DNA of 64,000 nt from Felis catus (taxonomy: Eukaryota): assembly GCF_018350175.1 (NCBI RefSeq), contig NC_058368.1, forward strand, positions 156,118,001 through 156,182,000. Direction: 5' to 3'. Position numbers and translations under genes: made by a program. Below the pieces are notes generated by a model that saw nothing but the letters and a program-made list of their open reading frames with translations, did no database searches and was not told the DNA's origin. Of the stretch, positions 13,330 to 25,742 are shown one piece after another (position 1 is the stretch's first letter; each line of letters opens with the position of its first letter).

Positions 13330-14010
13330 AAAATAATTTGAAAAGTAAAAAAGCAAGCCAAGGAATTTAAGAAGATTTTGCAACAAAGGGTTTGTATCTC
13401 CCATCCATTCATACAATCCTCCACACATAAATTTATATTTTTTAATATTAAAACAATGCAGTAAATAAAACAATAAAAATAGGTATGAAGCTTTAAGGCA
13501 TTTCACCAAAGATGCTATCCAAAAGCTTTATATGTAAAATTCACCGTAATTAGTATTCACATCTATCAGAATGGCTAAAATTACATTTGTATTGGTGAAA
13601 ATATGATGAAATGAGAACTCATATACTTTTGGCAGGAATGTAAACTGGTACACAATTTTGGGCAATAGCTTGGTATAATCTAAAGTTGAACATAGGCATA
13701 CTCTATGACCCAGCAATTCTACCTCTAGGCATATACACAGTATACTCCACACATACACCAAGATTTATGTAGGTGAACGTTTCCAGTCACATTATTCACA
13801 ATAACTAAAAATTGGAAATAATCCAAATGTTCAACAATGAAATGGAAAATTGGATACAGTCATATGCAATGATACACTATACAGAACAAAAAGGGAAAAC
13901 TTCAGTTACATTCAACTACATGGATGAATCTCACAAATGTTATCTTAAGGAAAAGAATCTAGAATAATTAGAAAATATTATTTCATATATGTAATCTTTT
14001 AAAAAGGAAA
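13330..14010 (+). mobile_element. Ancient L1 (L1ME-like) 3' region, left part
   Basis: gaatgtaaactggtac...ctatgacccagcaattctacctctagg...atggatgaatctcacaaa; it continues at about 18211. Confidence 0.7.
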
Positions 14011-14019
14011 TTTATTTAA

Positions 14020-14280
14020 AAAACATAAAATAACAAGTGTGAAGGATATGGAGGAACTGGGACTTTTGTGCATTGCCATTGGAAAATGCTGCAGTGTGTG
14101 TGGAAAACAATATGGCACCAGTTCCTCAAAATATTACATGATACAATGATTCTACTTCTGGGAAACTATCTGAAAGGATTAAAAGCAGGGAAAATTGTAC
14201 ACCCATGTTTATGGCAACATTTTTCACAATTGCCACAAAGTGGAAGAAACACAAGTGTTCAACAAAAGAAGAATACACAG
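14020..14280 (+). mobile_element. L1MA/MB-like 3' region, left part
   Basis: aacaagtgt...gtgtggaaaacaatatggc...ttctacttctggga...cccatgttt; it continues at about 17880. Confidence 0.6.
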
Positions 14281-16962
14281 GAGAGGAGTTGGGAAGATGG
14301 AAGAGTAGGAGGATTGTGAGCTCACCCAGTCCAACATTTACAAGCAGATATCATCCACATCCAAGTAAATAAAACAACAGTCCAAGATGGGTAGAACAAA
14401 TTCCACAACTAAACACCCAGAAGAAGCTGCATCTGAAAGGCCAGAAGGATCAGAAAGGCAGAGGGAGGCTGCCTACAGAAGAAAGGCAGCTTGCACATAT
14501 GGAGAGGGCAGAGAAACAGGCCCTTGCAATAGGGAGCTCACATGGAGAAGACTCATCGCTATAACCTTTGGCATTGAAAACCAGAGGGGCTGAAATCCAT
14601 GAGTTTGTATTACCAGTGGGATTTGAAGCCTGGAACTTTAAAAGTCAGCTGACTCAGAACTGGGCAAGCATGGAGAGCAGGGATAGCTGGGCCATTGCCC
14701 TTAAAGAGACAATGGCCTATGGGGATAGGCAATATAAAACCAGTAGTTTACAGAACACCACGGGCAAACAGGAGACAGATCTGGTCACACTGATTTCAGA
14801 CTGTATTAGGTAGCTTCTTCCAAAATGAGGGAGCTGGCAGGTGCTACTTTCCTTCCCAGCCCCCAACAATATAAACAAAGGGCCATTTATAGGAGGTAGG
14901 GCCACAGCCACTTGCTACCTAACCTGCTAACAGTGCACCATGCCCACAAGTTCCCCTGATGACTCACCCATGCCAAGCCTGCTAGTCTTGGCACTGGCCT
15001 CAGGGCAAATTTTGTTACAGCCATGTGCACCCCACCCAGCCACTGCATGTACATGTGCATAGCTGCTGGGGCACACAGCACCCTAGCACATAGCACACAC
15101 ACCCACCACATAGCTGCCACACAGCATCCAGCAGCCACATGTTCCCAGCCACTGTGGCATGTAGAGCACAGTCACACCTAGTCACTCTCCTGCACTATGC
15201 CCAGTCTGGTGCCCATCCCCACTGGCCAGGTGTGCAGCTACAGTGTTTCAGGGGATCTGGCATAGGACTAGTGGCCCAGCACAAATTTTACTAACAGGCC
15301 CATACTGCTCCCAAGTTCCCTGGTGGGCATGCCCCCTCAGAGGAAGCACCACTAACACCACGGAGAACAAGTACAGCCCACAAGCAAGGAGGCAGTGCAG
15401 ACAACTACATTGAAAGGAAAAGTGACTCAGACACAACAGCAGACTATAAGAAACACACAAAGGATACTTTCCTGAAGTGCCAGGTTCTGGTGAATAGGGA
15501 ACACTACAGTGCACATCAGGACCTCTGCTTCATAAAGTCACTACTTTCAAGAGCATAAAACATAGTTGACTTTCTTAACACAGAAAAACAGACAAAGAGG
15601 GGCTGAAAAATTGAGTAGATAGAAAATTTATCTGAAGTGAAAAAACAGGAGAAGGCCATGGCCAGAGATCTACACGAAACAGATATAAGTAACAAGCCTG
15701 ATAGAAAAGTTAAAGCAATGATCATAAGGATACCCACTGGATTTGAGAAAAGAGTGGATGACATGAGTGAGCCCCTTAACACAGACATAAGGAATAACAT
15801 ATCAGAGATAAAGGACTCAATAAATGAAATGAGAAACATGTTTAATGGAATGAACAATAGGCTAGAAGAAACAGAGAAAAATATTAATGACTTAGTGGAG
15901 AGAGTAATGGAAAGTAATCAAGGTGAACAAAAGAAAGAAAGAAAAAACCTATGTAACACAAGAATAGACTGAGGGAACTCAGTGACTCCATCAAACATAA
16001 TAATATTCATATTGTAAGAGTCCCAGAAAAAGAAGAGGAAAGGGGGGTAGAAAGTTTATTTGAACAAATAATAGTTGAAAATTTCCCTAATCTGGGGAAG
16101 GAAACAGATACCCAGATCCAGAAGGCACAGAGGACTCCCATCAAAATCAACAAAAGCAGACCCACACGAAGACAGGTTGTAATTACACTGGCAAATATAG
16201 TGATAAAGTAAAAAAATCTCAAAAGCAGCAAGACAAAAAAAAACACAGTAACTTACAAGGGAAAACTCCTAAGGCTACCAGGAGATTTTTCAACAGAAAC
16301 TTTACAAGGCAGAAGGCAGTGACCTGATATATTCAACGTGCTGAATGAGAAAAATCTGTAGACAAGAATACTCTATCCAGCAAGCCTTTCATTCAGAAAG
16401 AAGGAAACATAAAGAATTTCCCAAACAAAAACTAACGGAGTTCATGATCACTAAACCAACCCTAAAGGAAACTTTAAAGGGGATTCTTTGAGTGAAAAGG
16501 AGAGACCAAAAGTGACAGTATAAAGGTAGGAAACACAAAAACCGTAAAAATTAATATTTCTATAAAAAATCAATCTAGGAACTCACAAAATAAAAGGCAT
16601 TAAATGTAATAATATATACCTAAAACATGGGGAGGAGAGGAGAAAAGAATGGGTTCAAACTTGAATGACCATTAACTTAATAGAGACTGCTATACATGTA
16701 GAAGAGGTTATATACAAGCCTAATGGTAACCACATACCAAAATGCACTGATAAATATGCAAAGAATAAAGAGAAAGAAATTCAAATACAGTAAAACCTTG
16801 GATTGCAAGTAACTCGCTCTGTGACTGTTCCACAAGATGAGCAAATAAATTTTCTCTTGGTAAAGAGAAATAAATAAATTTTAACTTGATAAAAGAGAGA
16901 TGTCTTGCTATAGGAGTAGTACATGATGCCTAAAGTCACACGATCACAACTGAGCCAATGGT

Positions 16963-17017
<55 letters not shown>

Positions 17018-17883
17018 TGCTCTCTCTCTCACTGCAGGACTGTGGGTGATGATCTCCCATGCTCAGATGCTCAGTCTCAGGCCATAGTGTTTGACAGAAA
17101 TCAGTGATTTTTCAGAACGTTGCAAAGTACCCACAACTGGCACTAGTGTCTTGTTTGTCACTTCAGAGTGCCCATGGGCAGTTCTTTGCTTTTCCATACA
17201 AGAGTAAGCTTAGGGATGCTTTGCTTCATTCTAGGCCATTGGATAAGTTCCTTGTTAAAGTTGCATGAAAAGAAAAAGATGCCATTGAGCCAATAGATAG
17301 CAATGATTCCATTAGTGATAGTAAAAGTCATCCTACACAGTAACCCTCCTCTCTCTTGTCTCCCTCACACCAGCCACAAAGGTTTTCAAAGGTAAGTGCA
17401 GGTTCATTTGCTTTTCTTTATAGTTTGTATTTTCTTTAGTATTTTGTATTATATTACAGTATTGTAATCACTTTTATATGAATACTTTTGGGTTGTTGAA
17501 CACATCATCTGAATTTTCATTATTCCTTATGAGGAAATTCGCTTTGATATACAAATGCTTTGGATCACAAGCATGCTTCCAGAATGAAACTATGCTTGCA
17601 AACCAAGGTGTTACTGTATATTTCTAAAGAAAATAAGAAAACCATGAAAGAGAAAAAAACAAGAATGGGTGAGAGAAAATCTTCAGAAACAACAATAAAA
17701 CAAATAAAATGACAATAAATACCTATCTATCAATAATTACTTTGAATGTAAGTAAACTCAACATTCCAATCAAAAGATGTAAGGTGATAGAATGGATTAA
17801 AAAAATATGACCCATCTGTACACTGCCTAGAAGAGACTCATTTTATACCTAAAGACAAGATCAGATGGAAACTGAGGGGATGG
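14281..17883 (+). mobile_element. Carnivore L1 5' half: 5' UTR, disrupted ORF1 (about 15600-16500), inter-ORF spacer and start of the ORF2 endonuclease (from 17709); 3'-truncated and interrupted by a DNA transposon
   Basis: 5' end gaagatggaagagtaggagga...gagctcacc. ORF 15637-15972 is ORF1 coiled-coil-like, followed by gaaaatttccctaatctggggaag. 17709 reads MTINTYLSIITLNV, the L1 endonuclease N-terminus. Confidence 0.9.
16788..17616. mobile_element. Non-autonomous Tigger/pogo-like (Tc1-mariner superfamily) DNA transposon, 829 bp
   Basis: TIRs CAGTAAAACCTTGGATTGCAAG and CTTGCAAACCAAGGTGTTACTG match 20/22. TA is duplicated at 16786-16787 and 17617-17618. Internal (CT)n at about 16965-17030. Confidence 0.88.
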
Positions 17884-18132
17884 CAGTGATGATGGTGCAA
17901 GAGTGTGAATATACTTAATGCTACTTATCTGTACATTTAAAAGTGGCTAGGGGTGCCTGGGTAGTTGAGTCAGTTAACCCTTCTACTCTTGTTTTTGAGT
18001 CAGATCATGATTTTGAGCCTGTGTGGGGCTCAATGCTAACAGCACAGAGCTTGCTTGGGATTCTCTCTCTCCATCTATCTCTGTCCCTCCCCTGCTCTCT
18101 TTCTGTCTCAAAATAATAAATCAACATTAAAA

Positions 18133-18163
<31 letters not shown>

Positions 18164-18210
18164 GGCTAAAATGGTAAATTTTATGTTACGTATATTTTAC
18201 CACAATTATA
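17884..18210 (+). mobile_element. L1MA/MB-like 3' terminus, split by a SINE
   Basis: gtgtgaatatacttaatgc...[SINE]...aaatggtaaattttatgttacgtatattttaccacaat. Confidence 0.75.
17950..18162 (+). mobile_element. Can-SINE with (TAAA)n tail
   Basis: Diverged head and CT tract. Confidence 0.88.
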
Positions 18211-18460
18211 AGAAACACAAACCTGGACTATAGTGTTAGAAGTCAAGAGAATAGTTCATCTTAGGGGAGAAGGGAGAGTGTAGTGTCTGGCAGGGAGCAT
18301 GGGGGATACTTCAAGGGTACTGGCAATGTTATATTCCTGGGTGCTGGTTATCAGTGGTGCTTAAGTGAATGTTTGCTTTACGGTGACTTACAGAGCCTCG
18401 CATTTAAGTTTTATGTCCTTTTCTGTTTGCTACACTTTCAGAATCAAAGATTTAAAAATA
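18211..18460 (+). mobile_element. L1ME-like 3' terminus, right part
   Basis: actatagtgttagaagtcaag...ctggcaatgttatattcctgggtgctggtta. Confidence 0.65.
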
Positions 18461-18534
18461 ACACATATATGACATGCATGTTCACAGACACAAAATATTC
18501 ACATTCTATGTCTTTACAACTTGCATTTCACCAG

Positions 18535-18770
18535 CAGTAGGAGGTGAAGAGGATGTGGGCTCTGGAGCTAGCCACCAGCCTTAGCTTCAAATCCTAGCTT
18601 GCTCATGTACACACTGTGACATTCAGCAAATTGTTACTTTCATTGAATCTATTTTCATATGTTTATAATTAAGAACCTGACAAGCGTTTTATAGAAAGTT
18701 TTTTAAGGATTAAAAGTTTATATGAAAATATACAGCAGGTTGCCAATCAAGGAACAAGTGCTTTAAACAT
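18535..18770 (+). mobile_element. MIR remnant
   Basis: gggctctggagctag...ttcaaatcctagct...ctgtgac core-SINE pattern. Confidence 0.6.
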
Positions 18771-20226
18771 TTCGAGGCTCTATTTTCTTCCCTTGAGAAG
18801 AATTTCTTCACATTTTAAGTCTGCTATAATGGGATTGTCAAGAGTCTTTTTGTGTGGAAACCAGCTCCGAAGAGCACACTTAAAGTTGAAAACTGCCCCA
18901 AGTTGTTTGAGAGAAGTTGTAGTTCACTCTGTCCTTTTAATTGACAAAATTAAAAAACATGCAGACTGAATTTTTAACTTTGCTGTGAGGGTTGTATTTT
19001 AAAAAGTGGACAGTCACGTCACAAAACAACAATTAGCCACATATTTTTAAAAAGTGATATATTAGAATAATAAACGTGAAAATTTACCGTTTAAGAATTG
19101 CTACTACTTAACATTTTTAAAGAATCCTTTTGTATTTAAAAGACCGTGTGACAGTCTTTGATTTTCTCAGTACCATTCATGGAGGTTTAACTGTATATCG
19201 TACAAATGCTTCTAGTTTCATCCAAATCTACTGTTAAATTACCCATGTAATTATCCCAGTAGAAATCATTATATTTTTTCACTATTAATTTCATTAACAC
19301 TTTACTGGTAGGAGTGTGGATGAATTTAAATGCAGTTCTGAGTTTTTATTATGACAAGGGAACATTTCTATATTATTGAAGGGGGATATATAATTTCTAA
19401 GTTAAAATAAAAATGGAAAAATATTAGCCACTAAAAATGTAGATAAAAAAAATAATCATGAGGCTTACTTCAAGACATACTTTTCAATGATCCCAGTGAC
19501 CATATCTTTTTATACATATTTCCATTAAAATGAAGTTAAGTCAGTTATATATCCCACCTATGATGACACTCTGATGTGACAGCTCTTCTAGTATTTGCCA
19601 GCAAGGGAACAGTTGCAAAAAGTTATGAAGTGACACACACAGAAAGCAAAATGGGGTGAGAGAATGGGGAAAATTCAAGATGATACTCAAAACAAATATT
19701 TTGAGGCTAACATGAGCATAGAATACCAAATGTAAATGGAAATTTCAAGCACATATATCTTTTAATTGAAAATTTAACCTTTATCATTGTATTGTTATAT
19801 ACTACACAGAATATCACACAATATCACATAATATCATTTCCTATTCACACTGATTTAATTAAATAAGGATTGCAGGTGAGACACAATTTTTAGTACTTCC
19901 ATTAATTCTCATTCTTTCATTCTGTTACATTCCTATCAATCCTTCAAATATTTTCAAGTTAAAATAAGTGGTTACTCAGGGCTTCCTCTGTGAAAATATT
20001 TACCCCTAGAATAAATCAGCTTGGTGTCTCTTTAACCAAGAATTACCAAAAGAATCTTGGGTATATACAAATTGTAGAAATATAAAAGTTTGTTCAATTT
20101 CATTGTGGAAACTATGAAATTAACTACAAACTGGTAGTAATACAAATTAACTTCTTAATTTCTAGTTGTAAAAATTCACTCCTTGCTCCCCTGCCAAACT
20201 CCTTTAAAGTAGCTCTTTAGTATCAA

Positions 20227-20417
20227 GGTGCCTGGGTGGCTCAGTTGATTGAGTGTCCAACTCTTGGTTTCAGGTCAGGTCATGATCTCACAACTTGTGA
20301 GATGGAGCCCCTTGTCAGAGCCTGCTTGGGATTCTCTCTTTTCCTCTCTCTGCCCCTCCCCCACTCATGCTTGCTCTCTCCCTAAAAAAAAAAAAAAAAA
20401 AAAAAAAGCCCTAAAAA
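20227..20417 (+). mobile_element. Can-SINE, outer (older) element of a nested pair
   Basis: Outer TSD AAAGTA(G/A)CTCTTTAGTATCAA at 20206-20226 and 20657-20677. Confidence 0.9.
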
Positions 20418-20429
20418 AATAAAATTCAA

Positions 20430-20644
20430 GGGGCGCCTGGATGGCTCAGTCGGTTGAGTGTCCGACTTCGGCTCAGGTCATGATCTCACGGTCTGTGAGT
20501 TTGAACCTCATGTCGGGCTCTGTGCTGACAGCTCAGAGCCTGGAGCCTGCTTCAGATTCTGTGTCTCACTCTCTCTCTGCCCCTCCCCTGCTCATGCTCT
20601 GTCTCTCTCTCTTTCAAAAAAAAACATTAAAAAAATTTTTTTTT
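20430..20644 (+). mobile_element. SINEC_Fc inserted in the tail of the preceding SINE
   Basis: Inner TSD AATAAAATT(C/T)AA at 20418-20429 and 20645-20656. Confidence 0.92.
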
Positions 20645-21499
20645 AATAAAATTTAAAAAGTAACTCTTTAGTATCAACTTAAGGTCAACACAGAATAGTA
20701 AACATAGTATTTTATTAGCAATGTTTTATATATAATCTACTACTATTTTGGCAGAACAGAGATTGACAAGGAATGTGAATTAGAGTCTGACTCCCTAAGT
20801 ATAAATTGTGACTTCTATCTCCTTCTTGACATTCCAGTCTATGTAGTGTAAATGTTCATATTTTTCCAAGGGACAAAGAAACAATTCAAAAGGTGAAAAA
20901 TAACATACTTCATTCAGCCTTTGTTTAATCAGAATTGGTGATGGAGGAAAGCATTTAATTCGGATAAAACACTTCATAAGGGACATTGTAAGAATTCTGC
21001 TATTTTAAAGAATATTTCCACCGTTTTAAATTTTAAAACATTAAAAAAAGATAAAACAAGGCCATGAAAGAACTTTAGAACTTCATAATTGAATTGCCTT
21101 ACAGTGAATGAAAATATGGTTGATAAGTTTTTTATACACAAAGATATGTCTCACACTTTTTTGTAAATGCTGCTTTTTCCTACACTAGAATAAGATATCC
21201 AGACTTAGTACATAGATGTTTTGGCAGAGTATCATTGGCCTTTGTATATTTAATGTTCACTTAGCTATATTTAAAAGATCAAATGCCACCTTGAACAATA
21301 TTATTGGGGTGTTTTAGTTCTATTTTCAAGTTAACATTCATTGTATTTAATACTGCTTATAACATCCAGAAAATTAAATAGAGTTTGGTTATGTTTTTTA
21401 TACGAGAACTCTCATTTATAATGGTATTTAATAGGATGATATTTAAATGACAGGTAAAAACTGGTAAGAACAAAGAACTACCTAATTTCCCTTAGCCTA

Positions 21500-21640
21500 A
21501 TGCTTCTCCAGCTTTCATTAAGCATATGAATCACTTTAGTATCTTATAAGAATGCACAGTTTCATTCAGTGAGTCTTGGGTAGGACCCAAGGTTCTGTAT
21601 TTCTAATGCTGCTGTTCATGGGACAAGCTTTGAGGGGCAA
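21500..21640. mobile_element. MER5-like hAT-Charlie MITE remnant
   Basis: gcatatgaatcac...ttcagtgagtcttgggtaggacccaag...tgtatttctaa...ctttgag. Confidence 0.5.
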
Positions 21641-23259
21641 GTTTCTAGAGAACCCACACAACTTCTATTGACACCACGCTTAATTCTATTTCCTCTGCTC
21701 AGTGAGCACCAATGTACAATACAACACTTTCCAGTCGATAGAGTGAAATTGCACTGAAGAAAAAAGGAAATATGAATCTCTGAGTTACGGGTAAGTTCCA
21801 TTTGTACAAAAAATAAAAAATACAAGTTACCGAAGGAGTTACAAAATAGATCTAGGAACATCAGACTTAAGGCCATCACATATATTTTACTGGAGTTCAC
21901 TGAAATCCTCCCAAAATATAAACTATATATTCATTTTTAAAATTACTGTCATGTTGTTGTAAAACTCTTGACAAAATCACACATCAAACTTAAAGTTTAA
22001 CTTGACTTCTTTTGTGATGTGCCAATTTTTAAGAAATAAACTAAAACAAAGTAAAAATTATGATTCCTTGGAGATCAAAAAAAGCAAAAATTTGAGCTGT
22101 TAACTTGGCGTAGAGAATTTCTTCTAGTTAACAAAACTACTCTCCATAGTCCTTCCATTAACAAAACATCTACAGACATCTCCTCATGAATGAAACCCTT
22201 CTGAGAGGCATAGCTCAAGCATATGCACATGCAACAAAGTGGATTTTCACTACTGATAAAGCTTTGACACAGGCAAATTCCATTCTGCGTCCTTTCATGT
22301 AGTGTAAGAATAGGCTTTTAAGATAAAGGAGAGGAAAGAAGCATTAAGAAAAATAAGAAATAAAGACACCGATACAAATTTTTAGCAAAGAAAAAATGCC
22401 AAATCTGATTGTTTTCAATAAATTTGAATTTTATTATATAAAATAAGCTTATAGAAGGTTTGGAGGAAATTTACCAGTTCAAAATCACGTGTTAAAGACA
22501 AAAGAGTTGGAATTTTGCTCTGTTAAAATGTTTGTGGATGGGTCTAGTTTGACAATTTAGCCTGTCTGATGTGACTTTCACAGTCTGTTGGCAGTTTGTA
22601 GGCAAGCCATCACACCTGTGACTCTGTAGTTGATTAATGAGTCTCTCAGCTCATTGCTACCATCTGAAGGAGGGCTATGGCCTTTCTGAGCTTCACTGGT
22701 TTATTCGCCTTAAACTGCAGTCCTGCTGGGGTATCTTCCATAAGAAAATCACACCTGGTTAAAGCTAATGAAAACCGCAATATGTCATTTTCTAGACAAG
22801 TCAAAAAGCATGTAAAACTAGACAAAAGATGTATTCAAGTAACATGAATGTAGTTTTGTCATAACCTGCCAATCCAAAGAGTAACACAAAAAAAGCTGTC
22901 CTCAATGACATGTTTCAGTGTCAACTTTTAGAGTGATAACTCTGAATTCTCTGGGCTATAAGAGGGCTTTCTACAATGGCAGCTCTGAGGCTATACAATA
23001 TGTATTTTCATCAGACCAGGGAAGGTTCTAGTTCATGACCAGCCAGCCATTTAACTCTGATTATCTATAAATGATTAATCTAATTGTTTAAAGTCTTGTT
23101 TCAAGTTCTTCAACATTAGTTGGTCCACTTTAAGTGTGTGTAATATTCTTCCAACTTTTTCTTGAGTGCAAGACAGCACTGCAATTGCTTTCTCTCCAGT
23201 CTTGCTCTGGAGACTGAAAAGCCATTTAAAGCCTTTCCCTATCTTAAAACAAAGTACGA

Positions 23260-23470
23260 GGGGCACCTGGGTAGCTCAGTCAGTTGAGTATCCGACTTCA
23301 GCTCAGGTCACGATCTCACTGTTTGTGAGTTCGAGCCCCGCATCAGGCTCTGTGCTGACGGCTCAGAACTTGGAGCCTGCTTCCAATTCTGTGTCTCCCT
23401 CTCTATCGGTCCCTCTCCCCTTCATGCTCTGTCTCTTTCTCTCAAAAATAAATGTTAAAAAACTAACAAA
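23260..23470 (+). mobile_element. SINEC_Fc
   Basis: Full body; TSD aaaacaaagt. Confidence 0.93.
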
Positions 23471-24439
23471 AAAACAAAGTGTGAGCCTGAGAAGAAAGGG
23501 GGAAGGGGGGAAGAGGAAGGAGTTGTGGAGAGAGAGAGAGAGAGCAGGGGCAAGTGAGAGAGAAAAATGACAGAACTCAAAGAGCAGATAACCTGAGGTC
23601 TACTGTATACACAATGTACTATAGGGCAAAGTAGGGAAGAAAGCAGTAAGGAAATATGTTAAGCTAGGAAACTTATTCCCTTCACGGTTTAATACCATAG
23701 CTTCATCTTTTGAGGCACTCTGAAGGCTCAAAACATCAGGAATACTTAAATAAATACTAAAATTCATTTTAAAGGTAAACACCTGTTGTTCTTTGTTTTA
23801 GATTTTGGACCAGCATTCCCTTCTAGTAGCTACATACACCGTGCATGGTTTAGCTATCATTAAATGGCAGATGGAATCACAACACTCTCAGTAGCACTAC
23901 AATAAATGAGCAGTGAAGGACCAAAAGCCTCTGTTCTAGCAATTACTAATCTCTGATGCATGATATACACAAAATTTTTATATCACTGTACACATTATCA
24001 GTGAATACTCCTCTCGTTTGGAAGGGCACACCTGCATGATTTCCTAGAGCATTTATTCAGATCCCCTACAGCCATGTTTCCATTCATCTGAAATTGAAAT
24101 TTAAACTAAAGAGTGAATACTATTACTATGCATTTTACCCAAAATGTGAAAAGAAATATTTTCCTTTATTTTACCGTGGAATAATCTGAGAATAATTCAT
24201 CATTATGATCACAGCTATCGCTATTTTTCCTGTTTCCTATTTGATGCCTGTATTTGGAATTATGGAATGAAAAATACTTAGTACTCTACTTATCTGAATT
24301 TCTAACTCTGTGATTTTTATATGGAAGGATTGATTTTGGCTAATAAACATACTGATTCCTTCACCAATTTAATGCCAACAATGACTTTTTAACCATTTCA
24401 AAGTGTTTGATCACTTCAAAAATTTTTCAAATTGTTGTA

Positions 24440-24555
24440 TCAACTATTTCAATCCTGGCTGCAAAGTGGTATCATGTGGAAAACTTTTTTAAAATATCAG
24501 TAACTGTTCCCCACCCCAGAGATTCTTATTTAATTTGTCAGCTGGAGGCCTGCAC

Positions 24556-24603
<48 letters not shown>

Positions 24604-24651
24604 AACACTTCCCAAATAATTCTAATGTGTACCCAAGATTAAGTACTACTG
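24440..24651. mobile_element. MER5-like hAT-Charlie MITE containing a (TG)n microsatellite (24557-24600)
   Basis: ccccaccccagagattcttatttaatt...ttcccaaataattctaatgtgtacccaagattaagtactactg. Confidence 0.65.
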
Positions 24652-25215
24652 TTCTATGTAGTAATCCTCATGTTTATATTGTTGACCTAAAAGGATAAAA
24701 AATTTAATCCTAAAAGGGAAAAGATATTTCTCAAATTAAATTGGAAAATGAAATCATCAATCTTTAGGATTCTTAGACCTATTACAGTTTGTAAGAAAAT
24801 ATGCTTAGACCATTAGTCAGAAACTTTGGGATTGAGTCATTGTTCAGCCAGCCCTAGGAAGTCATTAAGTCCCTCAAGACAAATGCATTCTGATCTATAA
24901 AAGGAGAAAATTAAGACTTCTTCTAGCTTTAAAAGGATTTTCTCAAATGATCTCCAAGAGCACAGAATGTTGTTCTTAAATGTTCATCAGAGTACTTATT
25001 TGATTCTATATACTAAAGGTGGGATTTAAGCCAAGGCGACCAAACTTACATTACTGAAACTATATCATTCTCCTCTCCTATCTGTGGCAGACATTGCTAA
25101 CTGATTACAGCACAAGAAGGAAAAAACAAACAAACAAACAAACAAAATACTCTCCTGGAGTTTGCACTCAGGATAAAGCTATTTCCTCTTTGAGAGTTAA
25201 GTGCGTATTAGCTGT

Positions 25216-25742
25216 TACTGGACTTCAGGAGTCACCACCCCAAAATATGACACTTTGGTATATGAACCACTTTGACCTGAAGACACTGGAAAAACAGCAG
25301 ATGCAGGGAGGGGCTTTCCCTGAACAACTCTTATCTGCCTAAAATACTTCCTCCAAAAGAAATTCAGTTGTCCCCTCCAGGGGAGTTTCATCAATGAGGG
25401 AAGATTGATTTTTGTCACAGAAGAGACCAGAAGTTGACAGTATCCCTAGACAAACTTTGTCACCAACTATCACCCCTACTATCTATTCTTCTAAGGGCCC
25501 ACTCTTCTTTCCTAAGTGGCCTAAATTCCCTCTCCCCTTCCCCTATTAAGATGGCATATAAGGTCTCAAATCTCACCATTTTTTAGGTATTCACATTTTC
25601 TCCCATAACACCCCCATGGCATATGTTAAAAATTAATAAATTTGTATATCTTTTCTACCATTAACCTGCCTGTTGTCAGTTTATTTCATAGACCCAACAG
25701 TCAAACCAAGGAGGGTAGAGGGGAAGTCTTTCTTCCTCTACA
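25216..25742 (+). mobile_element. Solo LTR, ERV1 class (MER34/MER39-like)
   Basis: Starts ..ggacttcagga..ccaccccaaaatatgacactttgg and ends ttcctctaCA. TATA-like catataa near 25555, AATAAA near 25635, 4-bp TSD ctgt. Confidence 0.8.

Noticed and set aside
15020..15245. Degenerate CAC/CAGC-rich tandem array
   Set aside because: It lies within the L1 5' UTR, where such variable arrays are common, and has no regular repeat-spacer structure (not CRISPR-like).
15637..15972. Coiled-coil ORFs here and at 62548-62802, 63194-63409; also the ORF at 57668-57937
   Set aside because: They are broken L1 ORF1/ORF2 fragments with stops and frameshifts, not host genes or active elements.
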